DNA from: Phycicoccus sp.
GTDB taxonomy: Bacteria; Actinomycetota; Actinomycetes; Actinomycetales; Dermatophilaceae
Length of the DNA stretch: 64,000 bases
Direction: 5' to 3'
Assembly: GCA_017993715.1 (NCBI GenBank)
Contig: JAGOME010000002.1
Location: 41,429 to 105,428 of the forward strand
This document shows positions 28,271 to 37,947 of this stretch, piece by piece; positions within the stretch are counted from its first letter, which is position 1, and the number at the start of each line of letters is the position of its first letter. The notes under the pieces were generated by a model. The model saw nothing but the letters and a program-made list of their open reading frames with translations. It made no database searches and had not been told where the DNA came from. The translations under genes and the position numbers were made by a program.

Positions 28271-29380
28271 GTGGCTGATGCTCCATTGTCGGTCCGGGTC
28301 GTCGGTTCCGGTCTGATCGGGACCAGCATCGGCCTGGCCCTGACCCGGGCTGGCTGGGATGTCAGCGTCGATGACGCGAGCGAGACCACGGCATTCCTGG
28401 CGCGGGACCTCGGGGCCGGGCGACTCCCGGCGGACGAGGACCAACCCGACGTTGTCGTCGTCGCGACGCCGCCCGACGTGACCGCTCACGTCGTCGCCGG
28501 CACTCTGTCCCGCTGGCCCCGGGCGGTCGTGACGGATGTGGCGTCCGTCAAGGGCGTCATCGCGGAGGAGCTCACTCAATCCGGCGCCGATCTCGCCCGA
28601 TACTGCGGGTCACACCCCATGGCCGGGCGCGAGAAGTCCGGTGCCGTGAGCGGGCGCTACGACCTCTTTGACGGTCGGGCCTGGGTGCTGACCCCAACCT
28701 CGGATACGGCGCCGGAGAGCATCGACGTCATCCGATCGATGGCTACTGCCACCGGGGCGGCCGTCGTCGTGCTGGACCCGGCATCGCACGATGCAGCGGT
28801 TGCGGCGGTCTCGCACGTCCCCCAGCTCATCTCATCTCTCATGGCGGCCCGGTTGACCGACCTGCCCGACTCTGCGGTGGCCCTGGCCGGGCAGGGACTG
28901 CGGGACGTTACCAGGGTTGCGGCCAGCGACCCGGGGCTGTGGACCCAGATTCTCAGCGGGAATGCCGCCGCGGTGCGGGAGGTGCTCGGGGCGCTGGCAC
29001 AGGATCTCGACGGAGTTCTCGGGGCCCTCGACCTGTTGTCCGCCGACGCCTCCAGCCGGGTGCCCGGGGATGCGCCCGGCGCCCGCGGCACGATCGCCCA
29101 GGCGATTGCTGCCGGGAATGCCGGCCACGCCCGGATCCCGGGCAAGCACGGCACAGCACCGACGGCCTACACGACCGTGCGCGTGCTCATTCCGGACCGT
29201 CCCGGGCAGCTCGGCCGACTGTTTGCCGACGTCGGGGAGTTGGGCATCAACATCGAGGAGTTCCGGCTCGATCACGGGCTCGGTGCGGCATTCGGTCTGG
29301 CGGAGGTGGACGTCGTTCCTGTCGTCGCGGTCGAGTTGGCCGAGGGGCTGACCGAGCGCGGCTGGCGGATCCACGCGTAG
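28271..29380 (+). CDS. tyrA: prephenate dehydrogenase
   Basis: VRVVGSGLIGTSIG Rossmann motif, SHPMAG, and a C-terminal ACT-like region. Confidence 0.85.
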   Translation: MADAPLSVRVVGSGLIGTSIGLALTRAGWDVSVDDASETTAFLARDLGAGRLPADEDQPDVVVVATPPDVTAHVVAGTLSRWPRAVVTDVASVKGVIAEELTQSGADLARYCGSHPMAGREKSGAVSGRYDLFDGRAWVLTPTSDTAPESIDVIRSMATATGAAVVVLDPASHDAAVAAVSHVPQLISSLMAARLTDLPDSAVALAGQGLRDVTRVAASDPGLWTQILSGNAAAVREVLGALAQDLDGVLGALDLLSADASSRVPGDAPGARGTIAQAIAAGNAGHARIPGKHGTAPTAYTTVRVLIPDRPGQLGRLFADVGELGINIEEFRLDHGLGAAFGLAEVDVVPVVAVELAEGLTERGWRIHA

Positions 29381-29419
29381 CGACGCCCTGGCGAGCGCTG
29401 ACCCGGGCGCGGCCGTCGG

Positions 29420-30139
29420 GTGAGCCGTGAGGCGACAGGCGTAGGCTCCCTGGCTGTGACGCGCCGCCTCTTGATCGCCATCGACGGACCCTCGGGGTCC
29501 GGTAAGTCCAGCGTCTCCAAGGAGGTGGCGCGGCGGCTCGGATTTGGCTTCCTGGACACCGGTGCGATGTATCGGGCGCTGACCTGGTGGGTGCAGGAGC
29601 GGGGCTTGGACTTCGCCGACTGGCCCGCTGTCGCCGAGGCTGCCGAGGACCTGCCGTTGGCGATCGGGACGGACCCTGACCTACCGCACGTCGAGGTCGA
29701 CGGCACGGACATCACCTCGGCCATCCGGAGCGAGACGGTGACGTCAGCGGTCTCGGCTGTCGCGACCAACACCCTCGTGCGCCCAATCTTGCAGCGCCGC
29801 CAGCGTGCATTGATGGGCGAGATCGCCTCTCGCACAGGGGGAGTCGTGGCCGAGGGTCGGGACATCACGACGGTCGTGGCGCCTGATGCCGATGTCCGCA
29901 TCCTCTTGACGGCCTCGGAGGAGGCGCGGTTGCGGCGGCGCTCGACGGAGCTGCACGGGCACGCCCAGGCCCACGCCGTCGAGGCGACCCGGGACCAGAT
30001 CGTCCGCCGCGACCGCGACGATGCGACCGTCTCGGAGTTCTCCGTGGCTGCCGACGGAGTCGTCACCATCGACACCTCAGACCTCGACTTCGAGCAGAGC
30101 GTCCAGGCCGTGCTCGAGGTCGCCGAGCAGGCCCAGTGA
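29420..30139 (+). CDS. cmk: (d)CMP kinase
   Basis: IAIDGPSGSGKSSVSKEVARRLGFGFLDTGAMYRA. GTG at 29456 is an alternative start. Confidence 0.92.
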   Translation: MSREATGVGSLAVTRRLLIAIDGPSGSGKSSVSKEVARRLGFGFLDTGAMYRALTWWVQERGLDFADWPAVAEAAEDLPLAIGTDPDLPHVEVDGTDITSAIRSETVTSAVSAVATNTLVRPILQRRQRALMGEIASRTGGVVAEGRDITTVVAPDADVRILLTASEEARLRRRSTELHGHAQAHAVEATRDQIVRRDRDDATVSEFSVAADGVVTIDTSDLDFEQSVQAVLEVAEQAQ

Positions 30140-30840
30140 TCGAGAGCGGCTCGCACACAGCCGCACCCGCCGCGTGGCGGGCCCAGGTGGGCCGGCGAGC
30201 CGCGCGGGCGGCCTTCGCGCTCCTGTATGCCGTCCGCTCAGTGGGCGGCGACCGGGTCCCCACGACGGGGCCGATCGTGCTGGCGGCCAACCACATCGGC
30301 TTCCTGGACGGGGCGTTGGTCTTTGCCTTGTCGCCGCGTCCGGCGCACTTCCTGGTGCTCAAGCAGACCTTCACGGGTGTGCTGGGTCGGGTCCTGACGT
30401 TCGTCGGACAGATCCCGCTCGACCAGCAGGTGGGCGACCGGGTCGCGCTGGGCCAGGCGCTGGAGGTGCTGCGACGGGCCGAGGTGGTGGGGATCTTCCC
30501 TGAGGGCGGCCGGGGGCGTGGCGACCTGAGCACCGCGGGCCGGGGGGCTGCCTGGATCGCCTTGCAAGGGCACGCGCAGGTCGTGCCGGTGGCGTGTCTG
30601 GGGACCCGTCGCACGGGGGAGTTGGCGTCCTGGTGGCCGCCGCTGCGCAGCCGGCTCGTGGTGGAGTTCGGCGCACCGATCACGCTCGACCTGCCCGCGG
30701 GTCTGGCCCGGCGAGGCAGGGTCGAGCTGGCGGGTGAGCAGATCCGGGTCGCGTTGGCGGCCCACGTGACGGCGGCCGCGCAGCGGCACGGCATTCCGCT
30801 GCCGACCGATATTCCTCCCGACCTGGTGCGCCTGGACTGA
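30136..30840 (+). CDS. lysophospholipid acyltransferase (PlsC family)
   Basis: HX4D motif NHIGFLDG and FPEGGR. GTGA overlap with cmk. Confidence 0.85.
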   Translation: MIESGSHTAAPAAWRAQVGRRAARAAFALLYAVRSVGGDRVPTTGPIVLAANHIGFLDGALVFALSPRPAHFLVLKQTFTGVLGRVLTFVGQIPLDQQVGDRVALGQALEVLRRAEVVGIFPEGGRGRGDLSTAGRGAAWIALQGHAQVVPVACLGTRRTGELASWWPPLRSRLVVEFGAPITLDLPAGLARRGRVELAGEQIRVALAAHVTAAAQRHGIPLPTDIPPDLVRLD

Positions 30841-30864
30841 CCACGGGATTCGGGCGGAGGGGCA

Positions 30865-32415
30865 GTGGTGCGCGAGAATGACCGGATGAGTTCTGACGAG
30901 TTGACGGTCCCCAACGATGAGGCGACCGCGCACCCCGCATCCGACGCCACGACAATCACCCCCCACACCCCCGCCGAGGACGAGGACATCGCGCGGGCGC
31001 TACGCGCCGGGTTGGAGTCCTTCGAGCTCGAGGACGACGACCTGGCCCTGCTGGATCGCGACGAGGACGACCTCGACGACGACGCCGAGGAGGAGTCCTT
31101 CCCCGTCGTCGCCGTCGTCGGCCGGCCCAATGTCGGCAAGTCCACGCTGGTCAACCGCATCATTGGGCGCCGCGAAGCTGTCGTCGAGGATGTCCCCGGC
31201 GTGACCCGCGACCGCGTCGCCTACGACGCGGAGTGGACCGGGCACCGGTTCACCCTCATCGACACCGGCGGCTGGGCGATCGGCGCCCAAGGCATCCACT
31301 TGAGGGTGGCCGAGCAGGCCGAGATCGCCGTGGAGCTCGCCGACGCGGTGCTGTTCGTCGTCGATGCCACCGTCGGCGCCACCGACGACGACGAGGCCGT
31401 CGTCAAGCTGCTGCGCCGCGCCGGGAAGCCCGTCGTCCTCATCGCCAACAAGGTCGACGACCAGCGGACCGAAGCCGACGCGGCCTACCTGTGGAACCTC
31501 GGCCTCGGGGAGCCCTGGCCGGTCTCGGCACTGCACGGCCGGGGGAGCGGCGACGCGCTCGACGCGCTCATCGACGTCCTCCCGGAGAAGTCTGCCGTCG
31601 GCGGTGCCTACCGACGTGGCGGCCCGCGGCGGGTGGCCCTGCTGGGCCGTCCCAACGTTGGCAAGTCCTCGATGCTCAACAAGCTCGCCCGCGAGGACCG
31701 GGTCGTCGTCGACGATGTCGCCGGCACGACCCGCGACCCGGTGGACGAGCTCATCGAGCTCGGCGGTCAAGAATGGCGCTTTGTCGACACCGCCGGCATC
31801 CGTCGCCGGGTGCATCAGACCCGCGGCGCCGACTTCTATGCCTCGCTGCGCACCCAGACGGCGCTGGAGAAGGCCGAGGTCGCCATCGTCCTCGTCGATG
31901 CCTCCACGACCCTCTCTGAGCAGGACATCCGGATCATCCAGCAGGTCATCGATGCTGGCCGCGCGCTCGTCATCGCGTACAACAAGTGGGACCTGACCGA
32001 CGAGGAGCGCCGTCATTTCCTCGAGCGCGAGATCGAGCGGGATCTGGTCCAGGTGCCCTGGGCGCCGCGGGTCAACGTGTCTGCCCGCACGGGTCGGCAC
32101 CTCGACAAGCTCGTTCCCGCGCTGGAGACGTCGCTGAACTCGTGGGATTCGCGGATCTCGACGGGGCGTCTCAATGCGTTCCTCGGCGAGGTCGTCTCGG
32201 CCCACCCGCACCCGGTGCGCGGTGGCAAGCAGCCGCGCATCCTCTTTGCCACGCAGGCCGGGACGCGGCCCCCGCGGTTCGTGCTGTTCGCGTCGGGGTT
32301 CATCGAGGCCGGCTACCGGCGGTTCATCGAACGTCGGCTGCGTGAGGAGTTCGGCTTCGAGGGCACGCCCATCGAGGTCTCGGTCCGGGTCCGTGAGAAG
32401 CGGTCGCGCCGCTGA
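30865..32415 (+). CDS. der: ribosome biogenesis GTPase Der (EngA) with acidic N-terminal extension
   Basis: Two G domains ([26 protein letters not shown]) plus a KH-like C-terminus. ATG at 30886 is an alternative start. Confidence 0.93.
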   Translation: MVRENDRMSSDELTVPNDEATAHPASDATTITPHTPAEDEDIARALRAGLESFELEDDDLALLDRDEDDLDDDAEEESFPVVAVVGRPNVGKSTLVNRIIGRREAVVEDVPGVTRDRVAYDAEWTGHRFTLIDTGGWAIGAQGIHLRVAEQAEIAVELADAVLFVVDATVGATDDDEAVVKLLRRAGKPVVLIANKVDDQRTEADAAYLWNLGLGEPWPVSALHGRGSGDALDALIDVLPEKSAVGGAYRRGGPRRVALLGRPNVGKSSMLNKLAREDRVVVDDVAGTTRDPVDELIELGGQEWRFVDTAGIRRRVHQTRGADFYASLRTQTALEKAEVAIVLVDASTTLSEQDIRIIQQVIDAGRALVIAYNKWDLTDEERRHFLEREIERDLVQVPWAPRVNVSARTGRHLDKLVPALETSLNSWDSRISTGRLNAFLGEVVSAHPHPVRGGKQPRILFATQAGTRPPRFVLFASGFIEAGYRRFIERRLREEFGFEGTPIEVSVRVREKRSRR

Positions 32416-32538
32416 CGGTCAGCGCGACCTGCGGGCGCTCGCCCACCCTGTGGGTGGGTCCTGGACCGATTGGGTGACGGTGTGGCGCATGGGATATGGT
32501 TTCGACCGCTCCCGCTCGCGGGAGTGACACCACCCTTT

Positions 32539-32598
<60 letters not shown>

Positions 32599-32612
<14 letters not shown>

Positions 32613-32834
32613 CCGAAAAGCGGCGGTTGCTTCGACGAAGTCGAAAGCAACCGCCGTTTCGTGTCGGGCGACATGATGATGGGAGCGTGAACCGGCGGCG
32701 AGGAACCAGCCGACGGCGAACGCGGGTCCTGTCAGCCCGACCGAAAAGCGGCGGTTGCTTCGACGAAGTCGTGAGCAACCGCCGTTTCGTGTCGGGCGAC
32801 ATGATGATGGGAGCGTGAACCGGCGGCGAGGAAC
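32599..32834 (+). repeat. two 108-nt direct repeats (32599-32706 and 32727-32834, 106/108 identical) each containing the tRNA-Pro 3' end and a terminator hairpin, with a 20-nt unique spacer
   Basis: Aligned by eye. Both copies start at tcctgtcagcccgacc and end at ...ggcggcgaggaac. The only differences are AA>TG at repeat positions 46-47. Confidence 0.9.
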
Positions 32835-32922
32835 GAGCGGGGCCGTCGGCCACGTCGCTTGGTACCTTCGAGTCGATGTCCAAGAAGCAGGTCGCCCCAC
32901 GCACCGGGCCAGCGAGGTTGCC

Positions 32923-33708
32923 ATGACTCCGAATGCGGCCGACGCTCCGACCTGGCTGCCGGGCGTGTCCACCCAGGCCGGACAGCTGCTCGGGCTCCTC
33001 GAGCCGCTGCGGCTCCCCACCTCGTTCATCACGCTCGTCGCCTCGGGTGTGGACGTGATCACCCTCGACCCCACGGGGATACCGACGAGCCGATCTGCGG
33101 CGCCCCAGCCGGAGTTTGGCGCGCTCGGGAGGGACATGCCCGCCTACTTCATCGACTACGAGTTCGCGCAGTACCTCCCGGGGGCGTGGCCGTTGGCCCT
33201 GGACGGCGGTGGCGGTTTCTACTGCCTGGACCTGCGCGATGTCGTGGCCGGGCGTGCACCCAATGACGGGACAGTTCCTCTGGTGTGGTCCCACGCCGGG
33301 AGCCTGGGGTGGGGGCCTGACGAGCACATCCGGGTCGCCGCGGATGCTGACGGATTCCTGGCCGGGGTCTCGTCGCCACTGGTCGGGCCGACCAGCGGGC
33401 CCATCCTGACGCTGCAGGACGTCCTGGCCGATCCGGCGGCCTACGCATGGGGTTCCGCCCTCTACGGCCCGCGGGACAACGCCTGGGCGGCCGACACGGT
33501 GGTGATCGTTCATGATGTTGACGACGTCGATGAAGACACCGACCTCCCCACCCAGGTGAGCGCGGCCGGTTTCGACTACGTACTGGACCTGCAGACGGTG
33601 GGCTCGATCGTGGCCAATGCCCGACAACAGCGGCCGGGAGCAACCCGTCGGGAGCTGCTGTCGGCATTCCAGTACTACGTGAGGACCGACGCCTTCATCG
33701 TGTGGTGA
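32923..33708 (+). CDS. SMI1/KNR4 (SUKH-1)-like protein with unassigned C-terminal domain
   Basis: N-terminal half has SUKH-like features (LRLPTSFITLVAS...WPLALDGGGGFYCLDLR). The C-terminal ~100 aa (…ELLSAFQYYVRTDAFIVW) are unassigned. ATG at 32923 chosen because upstream codons lie in the repeat. Confidence 0.5.
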   Translation: MTPNAADAPTWLPGVSTQAGQLLGLLEPLRLPTSFITLVASGVDVITLDPTGIPTSRSAAPQPEFGALGRDMPAYFIDYEFAQYLPGAWPLALDGGGGFYCLDLRDVVAGRAPNDGTVPLVWSHAGSLGWGPDEHIRVAADADGFLAGVSSPLVGPTSGPILTLQDVLADPAAYAWGSALYGPRDNAWAADTVVIVHDVDDVDEDTDLPTQVSAAGFDYVLDLQTVGSIVANARQQRPGATRRELLSAFQYYVRTDAFIVW

Positions 33709-33729
33709 CCCAACCCTGCGGCGACCCTG

Positions 33730-33879
33730 TCAGAAGATGGAGATGAGCAGGGCGACAGTCAGCAGAATGCCGACGATGCTCCACATGAGCCCAGATGCGG
33801 GCTGGAGCGCCTCCTTGAGGTTGGCAAGCCCTGATGGCTGGTCGTTCGACCATGAGCGCCAGGTTCCTCTGTATCCCAT
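33730..33879 (-). CDS. possible small tail-anchored membrane protein (49 aa)
   Basis: MGYRGTWRSWSNDQPSGLANLKEALQPASGLMWSIVGILLTVALLISIF. The ATG lies 4 nt after the upstream stop. GC3 is high only in the second half. Confidence 0.3.
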   Translation of the reverse strand: MGYRGTWRSWSNDQPSGLANLKEALQPASGLMWSIVGILLTVALLISIF

Positions 33880-33883
33880 GGAC

Positions 33884-34165
33884 CTAGCCGCGGGCGGCCT
33901 TCCAGCGCCGGTATCGGTCGGTGCAGCAGACGCCGCACGGGCGATATCCCGCAGCGATCGCGGTGTCCTCATCGGCGAAGAACACCCGGTGCGTGACATA
34001 GCCACCTCTGGCGATGGCACGCAAGGCGGTCGGGCAGTCGAACCGACCGTAGATCCGCGACCGGCGATGGCCGCCCCACTGACCCTTGACCCGGGACGGA
34101 TACGTCGTGCCGTCCCGGGCCACGAGCGTGTACGTCCTGGGCTGGCCGTTCACGGAGTACCGCAC
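33884..34165 (-). CDS. Ada-type metal-binding-domain-like small protein
   Basis: 93 aa. RIYGRFDCP...VFFADEDTAIAAGYRPCGVCC resembles the Ada N-terminal Zn domain (IYCRPSCP...FF...A...GFRPCKRC). High GC3. Confidence 0.6.
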   Translation of the reverse strand: MRYSVNGQPRTYTLVARDGTTYPSRVKGQWGGHRRSRIYGRFDCPTALRAIARGGYVTHRVFFADEDTAIAAGYRPCGVCCTDRYRRWKAARG

Positions 34166-34308
34166 CGAGGTGAGTCGTCATCGCTCACGTTTCTCGCGGA
34201 TCTCCGCCGCATCTCGACCGAAGGACACCTCGTCACGGCTACCATCATCGCTCTCGCGCCGGCCGTCCAGTGCGCAACGCCCCGAGCGACCCGTGTTGGG
34301 TCCCTCCG

Positions 34309-36513
34309 TCAATGCCGAATCGTCGGCAGCCAGCGCGGACCGGTGTGCGCCCGCCGACCGAGGAGCGCCAGCGTCGCCGGCAAGAGGACGCCGCGGACCA
34401 GCGTGGCGTCGAGGAGCACCGCAACGGCCAGGCCGACGCCCAGCTGCTTGAACTCCAGCAGCGACAGCGTGCCGAAGATCGAGAAGACCCCGATCATCAC
34501 TGCCGCCGCCGCGGTCACGACCCCGGCCGAGCGCGCGACCCCTGTCCGGATGGCCGTCCGGATGTCCTGGCCCGCGGCATACGACTCCCGGACCCGGCTG
34601 ACGACGAAGACGTGGTAGTCCATCGAGAGGCCGAAGAGGATCACGAACAACACCGTCGGGAGCCACGACGCGATGGCACCCGTCGAGGTGAAGTCGAGCA
34701 GATCCTGGGCCCAGGTGCCACCAAAGACCAGGGCGGTCACCCCATAGGCCGCGCCGACGGAGAGCGCGTTGAGCCCGATCGTGGTCAGCGCGAGCCACGG
34801 CGACCCGAACGACACGAGCATCACAGCAAAGGTGAGCACCAGGACAAACGCTACGACCCACGGGAGGCGCTCGTCCATCCAGTGATCCAGATCCGTCACT
34901 CCCGCGTCCCCGCCCACATGGACCTGCGCGCCCGGCACACCCGCGGCGTCCAGCTGCGCCTGCAGGTCTGGGACGACGCCAGTGCGCACGTCCTGAACCA
35001 CCTTGGACAGGCGCTCGTCGGAGACCGTGAGGCCGACCCCGACGGGCAGGTACTGCGCCGTGCGGTCCGTCGAGATGACCGTCGTCTCCGCAACCTCGGT
35101 CACGTGCGACACCGCCAGCAGCGCCGGTCCGGCTGCGCTGAGCACCTCGGTGACCCGATCGGCATTCTCGGCCGTCGAGGAGACGACGAGCGTGAGGTGG
35201 GTGCCCTCGGTCGGCATGGCTGACTCGACCTGATGATAGGCCTGCACAAAAGCGAGGTCCTGGGGCAACGCCTCGGCCCCGCCGAGGGCGGTCTTCATCC
35301 CGAATGCCGGCAGGCTCAGGGCGAGCAGGAGCGCGGCCGTGGCAGCTGCCCAGGCCAGGGGAGCGGCAGTGACGACCCCCGCGAGCCGGCCCCAGAAGCT
35401 CGCCTCGGGTGCCCGAGTCCGGGTCCGGCGACGCCACGGCATGCGGAGCGCATCGAGCTTGTCCCCGAGAATCGCCAGCAGGGCAGGCAGCGTGGTCGCG
35501 GCCGCCACGACCGCGACGCCGACGACGAAGATCGCGCCGATGGCCAACGATCGGAAGAGCCCACCAGCGACCAGCAGGCCACTCAGGGCTACAACGACGG
35601 TGATGCCCGACACCACGACGGCGCGCCCTGCGGAGCCGGCAGCGACCGCGATCGAGTCGGCAACGTTCAGACCCCGGGCTCGTTCCTCACGGGCCCGACG
35701 CGTGACAAAGAGCGCGTAATCCACGCCGACCGCCAAGCCGATGAGCAGCAACATGCTCTGGGCCGTTTGGGTCACCGGGAAGACCTCATGGCTCCACACC
35801 GCCGTCAGCCCCAGGGCGACCCCGACCGCGCCAACGCCGAGGAGCAGCGGCACGCCTGCCGCCACGACCGAGCCGAACGCGATGAGCAGGATGATCAGCG
35901 TCAACGGAATCGCCGAGTACTCCGCGGTGACGAAGTCCTCACTAAGCATCTGGGCGACCTCCCGGTTCGCTGACGCCGCACCGTACTGACCGACCTGGAG
36001 CTCAGGATGAGCCTGCGCGAACTCGGCCGTGCGGTCCAGCAACGGTTCGATGTCGCCATCGGTGGGCTCGGGAGCCACCAAGGCCACCGGCAGGACCAGT
36101 GAGCGACCGTCCACGCCGGGCACCACCGGACCGACCTGTTCGGTCCCCGCAGTCCCGGTGAATGCCGCCTCCAACTCGGCACCCAGCGTGGTGGCCTGCT
36201 GGTCGGACAGCGAGCCGTCGCGCAGGGTCACGACGACCAGTTCGCTCTCGGGGTCGTCCCACGTCCCAGAGTCGAGCGCGCGCTGAGCCGCCGCAGAGTC
36301 ACCGACGAGCTCGCTCTCGGACGAGGCGATGGTGATCCCGAAGCGGCCCATGAGCCCGACACCCGCGGCAAGCAGGACCACCGATGCCGCGATGACCAGC
36401 CACCGGCGACGGATGCACCACCAGGCCAGAGCGGAACCACGCGGTGGCCCAACCGGGGGTGGGCCGTCCGTGGGTGGCGCGGCAGGGGGGCGGGATGAGG
36501 TGGTCGTGTCCAT
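34309..36513 (-). CDS. MMPL family (RND superfamily) transporter
   Basis: 734 aa starting at MDTTTSS. Two 6-TM blocks with MMPL-type loops. The tracked 1217-aa ORF continues upstream only as antisense of the kinase gene. Confidence 0.88.
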   Translation of the reverse strand: MDTTTSSRPPAAPPTDGPPPVGPPRGSALAWWCIRRRWLVIAASVVLLAAGVGLMGRFGITIASSESELVGDSAAAQRALDSGTWDDPESELVVVTLRDGSLSDQQATTLGAELEAAFTGTAGTEQVGPVVPGVDGRSLVLPVALVAPEPTDGDIEPLLDRTAEFAQAHPELQVGQYGAASANREVAQMLSEDFVTAEYSAIPLTLIILLIAFGSVVAAGVPLLLGVGAVGVALGLTAVWSHEVFPVTQTAQSMLLLIGLAVGVDYALFVTRRAREERARGLNVADSIAVAAGSAGRAVVVSGITVVVALSGLLVAGGLFRSLAIGAIFVVGVAVVAAATTLPALLAILGDKLDALRMPWRRRTRTRAPEASFWGRLAGVVTAAPLAWAAATAALLLALSLPAFGMKTALGGAEALPQDLAFVQAYHQVESAMPTEGTHLTLVVSSTAENADRVTEVLSAAGPALLAVSHVTEVAETTVISTDRTAQYLPVGVGLTVSDERLSKVVQDVRTGVVPDLQAQLDAAGVPGAQVHVGGDAGVTDLDHWMDERLPWVVAFVLVLTFAVMLVSFGSPWLALTTIGLNALSVGAAYGVTALVFGGTWAQDLLDFTSTGAIASWLPTVLFVILFGLSMDYHVFVVSRVRESYAAGQDIRTAIRTGVARSAGVVTAAAAVMIGVFSIFGTLSLLEFKQLGVGLAVAVLLDATLVRGVLLPATLALLGRRAHTGPRWLPTIRH

Positions 36514-36573
36514 GCGTCGAGCCTGCTTGCCGCAGTCGGTCGCGACGATCCGGCTGCACCCCGAACACCACCG

Positions 36574-36585
36574 GGGGTTAACCCC
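36574..36585. promoter_or_regulatory. perfect 12-bp palindrome GGGGTTAACCCC in the divergent MMPL/kinase promoter region (candidate operator)
   Basis: Read directly. It is centred in the 132-nt gap between start codons 36513 (-) and 36646 (+). Confidence 0.3.
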
Positions 36586-36645
36586 ACTCCGACTCGGGGG
36601 GCGGCCTGCTGCCCAGCGGGCCCGCCGCTCCCTACGCTCACCATC

Positions 36646-37947
36646 ATGACCACCACCGCCGAGGCCACGACCCTGTCTGGCCGCCTCGCCTCGCAGTGGT
36701 GGGACGTCGTCTATCTCATGACCGGGTTCCTCCTCGCGATCGCCCAGTCGACGGTGGCCATCCTCGTCGTCACTGGGGCGCTCACGGCGCCGATCGCCGG
36801 TGTCGGGCTGATCCTGCTCATCCCGGGGCTCTGGGCTGCCCGCTGGCTGGCGGTGCTGGACCGCAGCCGAGCCAGTCTCGTTGGCCCGGTCATCCCGGCA
36901 CCGATGACCACCCCCCGCTCGGGCTGGCGCTTCCTGGTCGACCCGGTGGCCTGGCGGGGCACCGCGTATCACGCCTTGCACGGCCTGTGGGCCTTTGTCG
37001 CCGGCCTTTGCGCCGTCGTCTTCCTGTCGGTCGGTGTGGCGCTGACGATCCTCATTCCCTGGTCGCTGCTCGACGTGTGGCCCCGCCGCGATGCCCTCGC
37101 GCTGCCGCTGTGGGTCACCCTGCTCCTGGTGCTGCTCACGGGACCGGTGCTCGTCACCCTCGGTCTGGCAACGACCCACGGCACGAATGCCGTGAGCCTG
37201 GCGCTGGGTCGCTGGCTGCTCGGCGACGACCCGGCGCGCCACACGGGAGAGCTCACACGGCGGATCGCCGATGTCGAACGGACCCGGAGCGAAACCGTGG
37301 ATTCCGTTGAGGCAGAGCGGCGCCGGATCGAGCGGGACCTGCACGACGGACCCCAACAGCGCCTGGTCGCGATCGCCATGGACCTCGGGATGGCACGGGC
37401 GGCATTCGACTCTGCGGTGGCGACCGACCCCGATCGGCTGCGGGTGATCCTCGACCGCGCCCACGAGCACAGCAAGGCAGCCATCGTCGAAATGCGTCAC
37501 GTGGCCCGCGGGATCACGCCGCCGATCCTCACGGACCGAGGTCTCGGCGCAGCCCTCACGGCACTCACGAGTGGGCTGTCGATCCCCGTCTCCCTCGACG
37601 TCGCGCTGCCGCCGGGGGAGGGCAGCCGCCTCGATCCGAGCATCGAGGCCATCGCGTACTTCTGTGTCTCCGAGGCGCTGACCAACGTGGTCAAGCATGC
37701 ACAGGCGAGCAGGGCACAGGTCGAGATCGGCCAGCATGAGGGCCGCCTGCACCTGACGGTCTCCGATGACGGGATCGGCGGGGCCCGGGTTGGTAGACCG
37801 GGCGATCGGGCCACCTCTGGGACGGGTTTGCACGGTCTGCGACAACGCGTCGGTGCCGTGGACGGCACGCTCGACATCCTCTCGCCATCCGGCGGGCCCA
37901 CCGCCGTCGCCATCATCCTTCCCGCTCGGCCCAGGAGGAGTCCATGA
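36646..37947 (+). CDS. sensor histidine kinase (HisKA_3 / NarL-partner type, multi-TM putative-sensor N-terminus)
   Basis: H-box ERRRIERDLHDGPQQRLVAIAMDL and C-terminal HATPase (DDGIGG...GTGLHGLRQR). Confidence 0.9.
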   Translation: MTTTAEATTLSGRLASQWWDVVYLMTGFLLAIAQSTVAILVVTGALTAPIAGVGLILLIPGLWAARWLAVLDRSRASLVGPVIPAPMTTPRSGWRFLVDPVAWRGTAYHALHGLWAFVAGLCAVVFLSVGVALTILIPWSLLDVWPRRDALALPLWVTLLLVLLTGPVLVTLGLATTHGTNAVSLALGRWLLGDDPARHTGELTRRIADVERTRSETVDSVEAERRRIERDLHDGPQQRLVAIAMDLGMARAAFDSAVATDPDRLRVILDRAHEHSKAAIVEMRHVARGITPPILTDRGLGAALTALTSGLSIPVSLDVALPPGEGSRLDPSIEAIAYFCVSEALTNVVKHAQASRAQVEIGQHEGRLHLTVSDDGIGGARVGRPGDRATSGTGLHGLRQRVGAVDGTLDILSPSGGPTAVAIILPARPRRSP

